Shown piece by piece: positions 62,883-64,000 of a stretch of DNA of 64,000 nucleotides. The notes under the pieces were generated by a model. It saw only the letters and a list, made by a program, of their open reading frames with translations. It did not search any database and had not been told where the DNA came from. A program made the position numbers and the translations under genes. Position 1 is the first letter of the stretch, and every line of letters starts with the position of its first letter. The stretch covers positions 130,634,001 to 130,698,000 of the forward strand of contig NC_091980.1 in NCBI RefSeq assembly GCF_044704955.1, in the 5' to 3' direction. Source of the stretch: Pristiophorus japonicus (lineage: Eukaryota).

Positions 62883-64000
62883 GTGAGTTTTGTATTTTTT
62901 GCCACTTTACAATGGAGACTATGTAATGTGAATTTATGAAATCCTGTGCAGTACACAGCCCACCTATTTCTCTCTTTCTGCCCACCTGCCCTGAATCTAT
63001 GCAGTGAGTTCACTTTAAAGCTATAATATGATCCAATTTATCTTAATTTGTATTTATTAACAAATTGTCTTTGTTTCTTGCAGCAGCTGTATCATCTGAT
63101 TATTTTGATTTTTTTCCTGGGATCTTGAGCTTGATGAAGTTTATTTGGAATACATTCTGTACACAATGCAAGGAATTCAGAATTTGTATCCTCATTCTAA
63201 ATCACTGCATGGATTTTCCTTACCTTGCTGGTTCAATGGGTGATGTCATAAAAATAAATCTAGGCCTTTTCGGAGGGATGTCAGGAAGTATTCTTTCCCA
63301 CCAGTGTGGTGGAAATCTGAAACACTTTCTTTCTCAGCCATCCCTCACCTCCACGGGGAGGATGGGAAGAAAGTGTCACAAATGTTTCTGCTTCCCTCCT
63401 GTTCCTATTTCTCGCCACTAATTTTAAGTACCAGTTTGTATCCTTCTGTCTTTCCTCTAACTTTTTGCAATCATAAAGCCAGATAGTTAATCATCATTTG
63501 TCTGTGCTCAGTGGACTCTCCCTTAACCCCTGTGACCTTCACCAAGCACCCTCAAATTCTGAGGGGTTCTCATAACTTTTTTATTCTGTGGTCCCTGGTT
63601 CTCCTCTACAATGCTTTGATTTGTGTAGACTGTCAAATTAATGCTGCTTGTGGTAGTTTTAGTTCCTTGGCATGAATGCAGCCAGTAAAACTCGGTTAGT
63701 TTTTCTTCTTTCATATATGATATGAATTCTGCATTGGGACTAGATCTAGTTTAGGCAGTTGCTTTTACTGCCTCTCAACTAGCCTGTACAAAATGTATTT
63801 GGGTTAATAAACAATTATTATTGGAGCATGCTACTGGTGACCAGGGTATAAATCTTGTGGCAATTCCTTCACCTAATTTCCAGAGCTACAATGAATATTG
63901 GGTGCCAAGATTCAGGTTCCAGTTTTAAGCATGTTCAATCAAAGCTGAATTGGTGATCATGAGTGATGCAGCACAGGAGGCCATTCAGTCCATTGTGCCT

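Overview
Vertebrate genomic DNA, most likely from a cartilaginous fish (inferred from the CR1 tails, Deu-domain SINEs, and RTE/Tx1/L2/Penelope relics). The window is about 2.6 copies of a ~24 kb tandem unit. Each unit carries two 4-exon ferritin heavy-chain-type genes on the + strand, called type A and type B here, giving six loci. A1 has exons 2-4, with exon 1 before the window. B1 has lost its promoter and exon 1. A2 and B2 are intact 176-aa ORFs. A3 is a double-frameshift pseudogene. B3 has only exon 1 in the window. None of the four visible 5' leaders has an iron-responsive element. Every complete B intron 2 holds a decayed Ty3/Gypsy provirus nested in an older solo LTR. B2 intron 1 also holds a 7.36 kb antisense LTR element with a PBS, splice donor and acceptor, and PPT. 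It carries a decayed envelope gene with foamy-virus/paramyxovirus-F-like architecture but no recognisable gag or pol. All family assignments are by eye; no searches were run.
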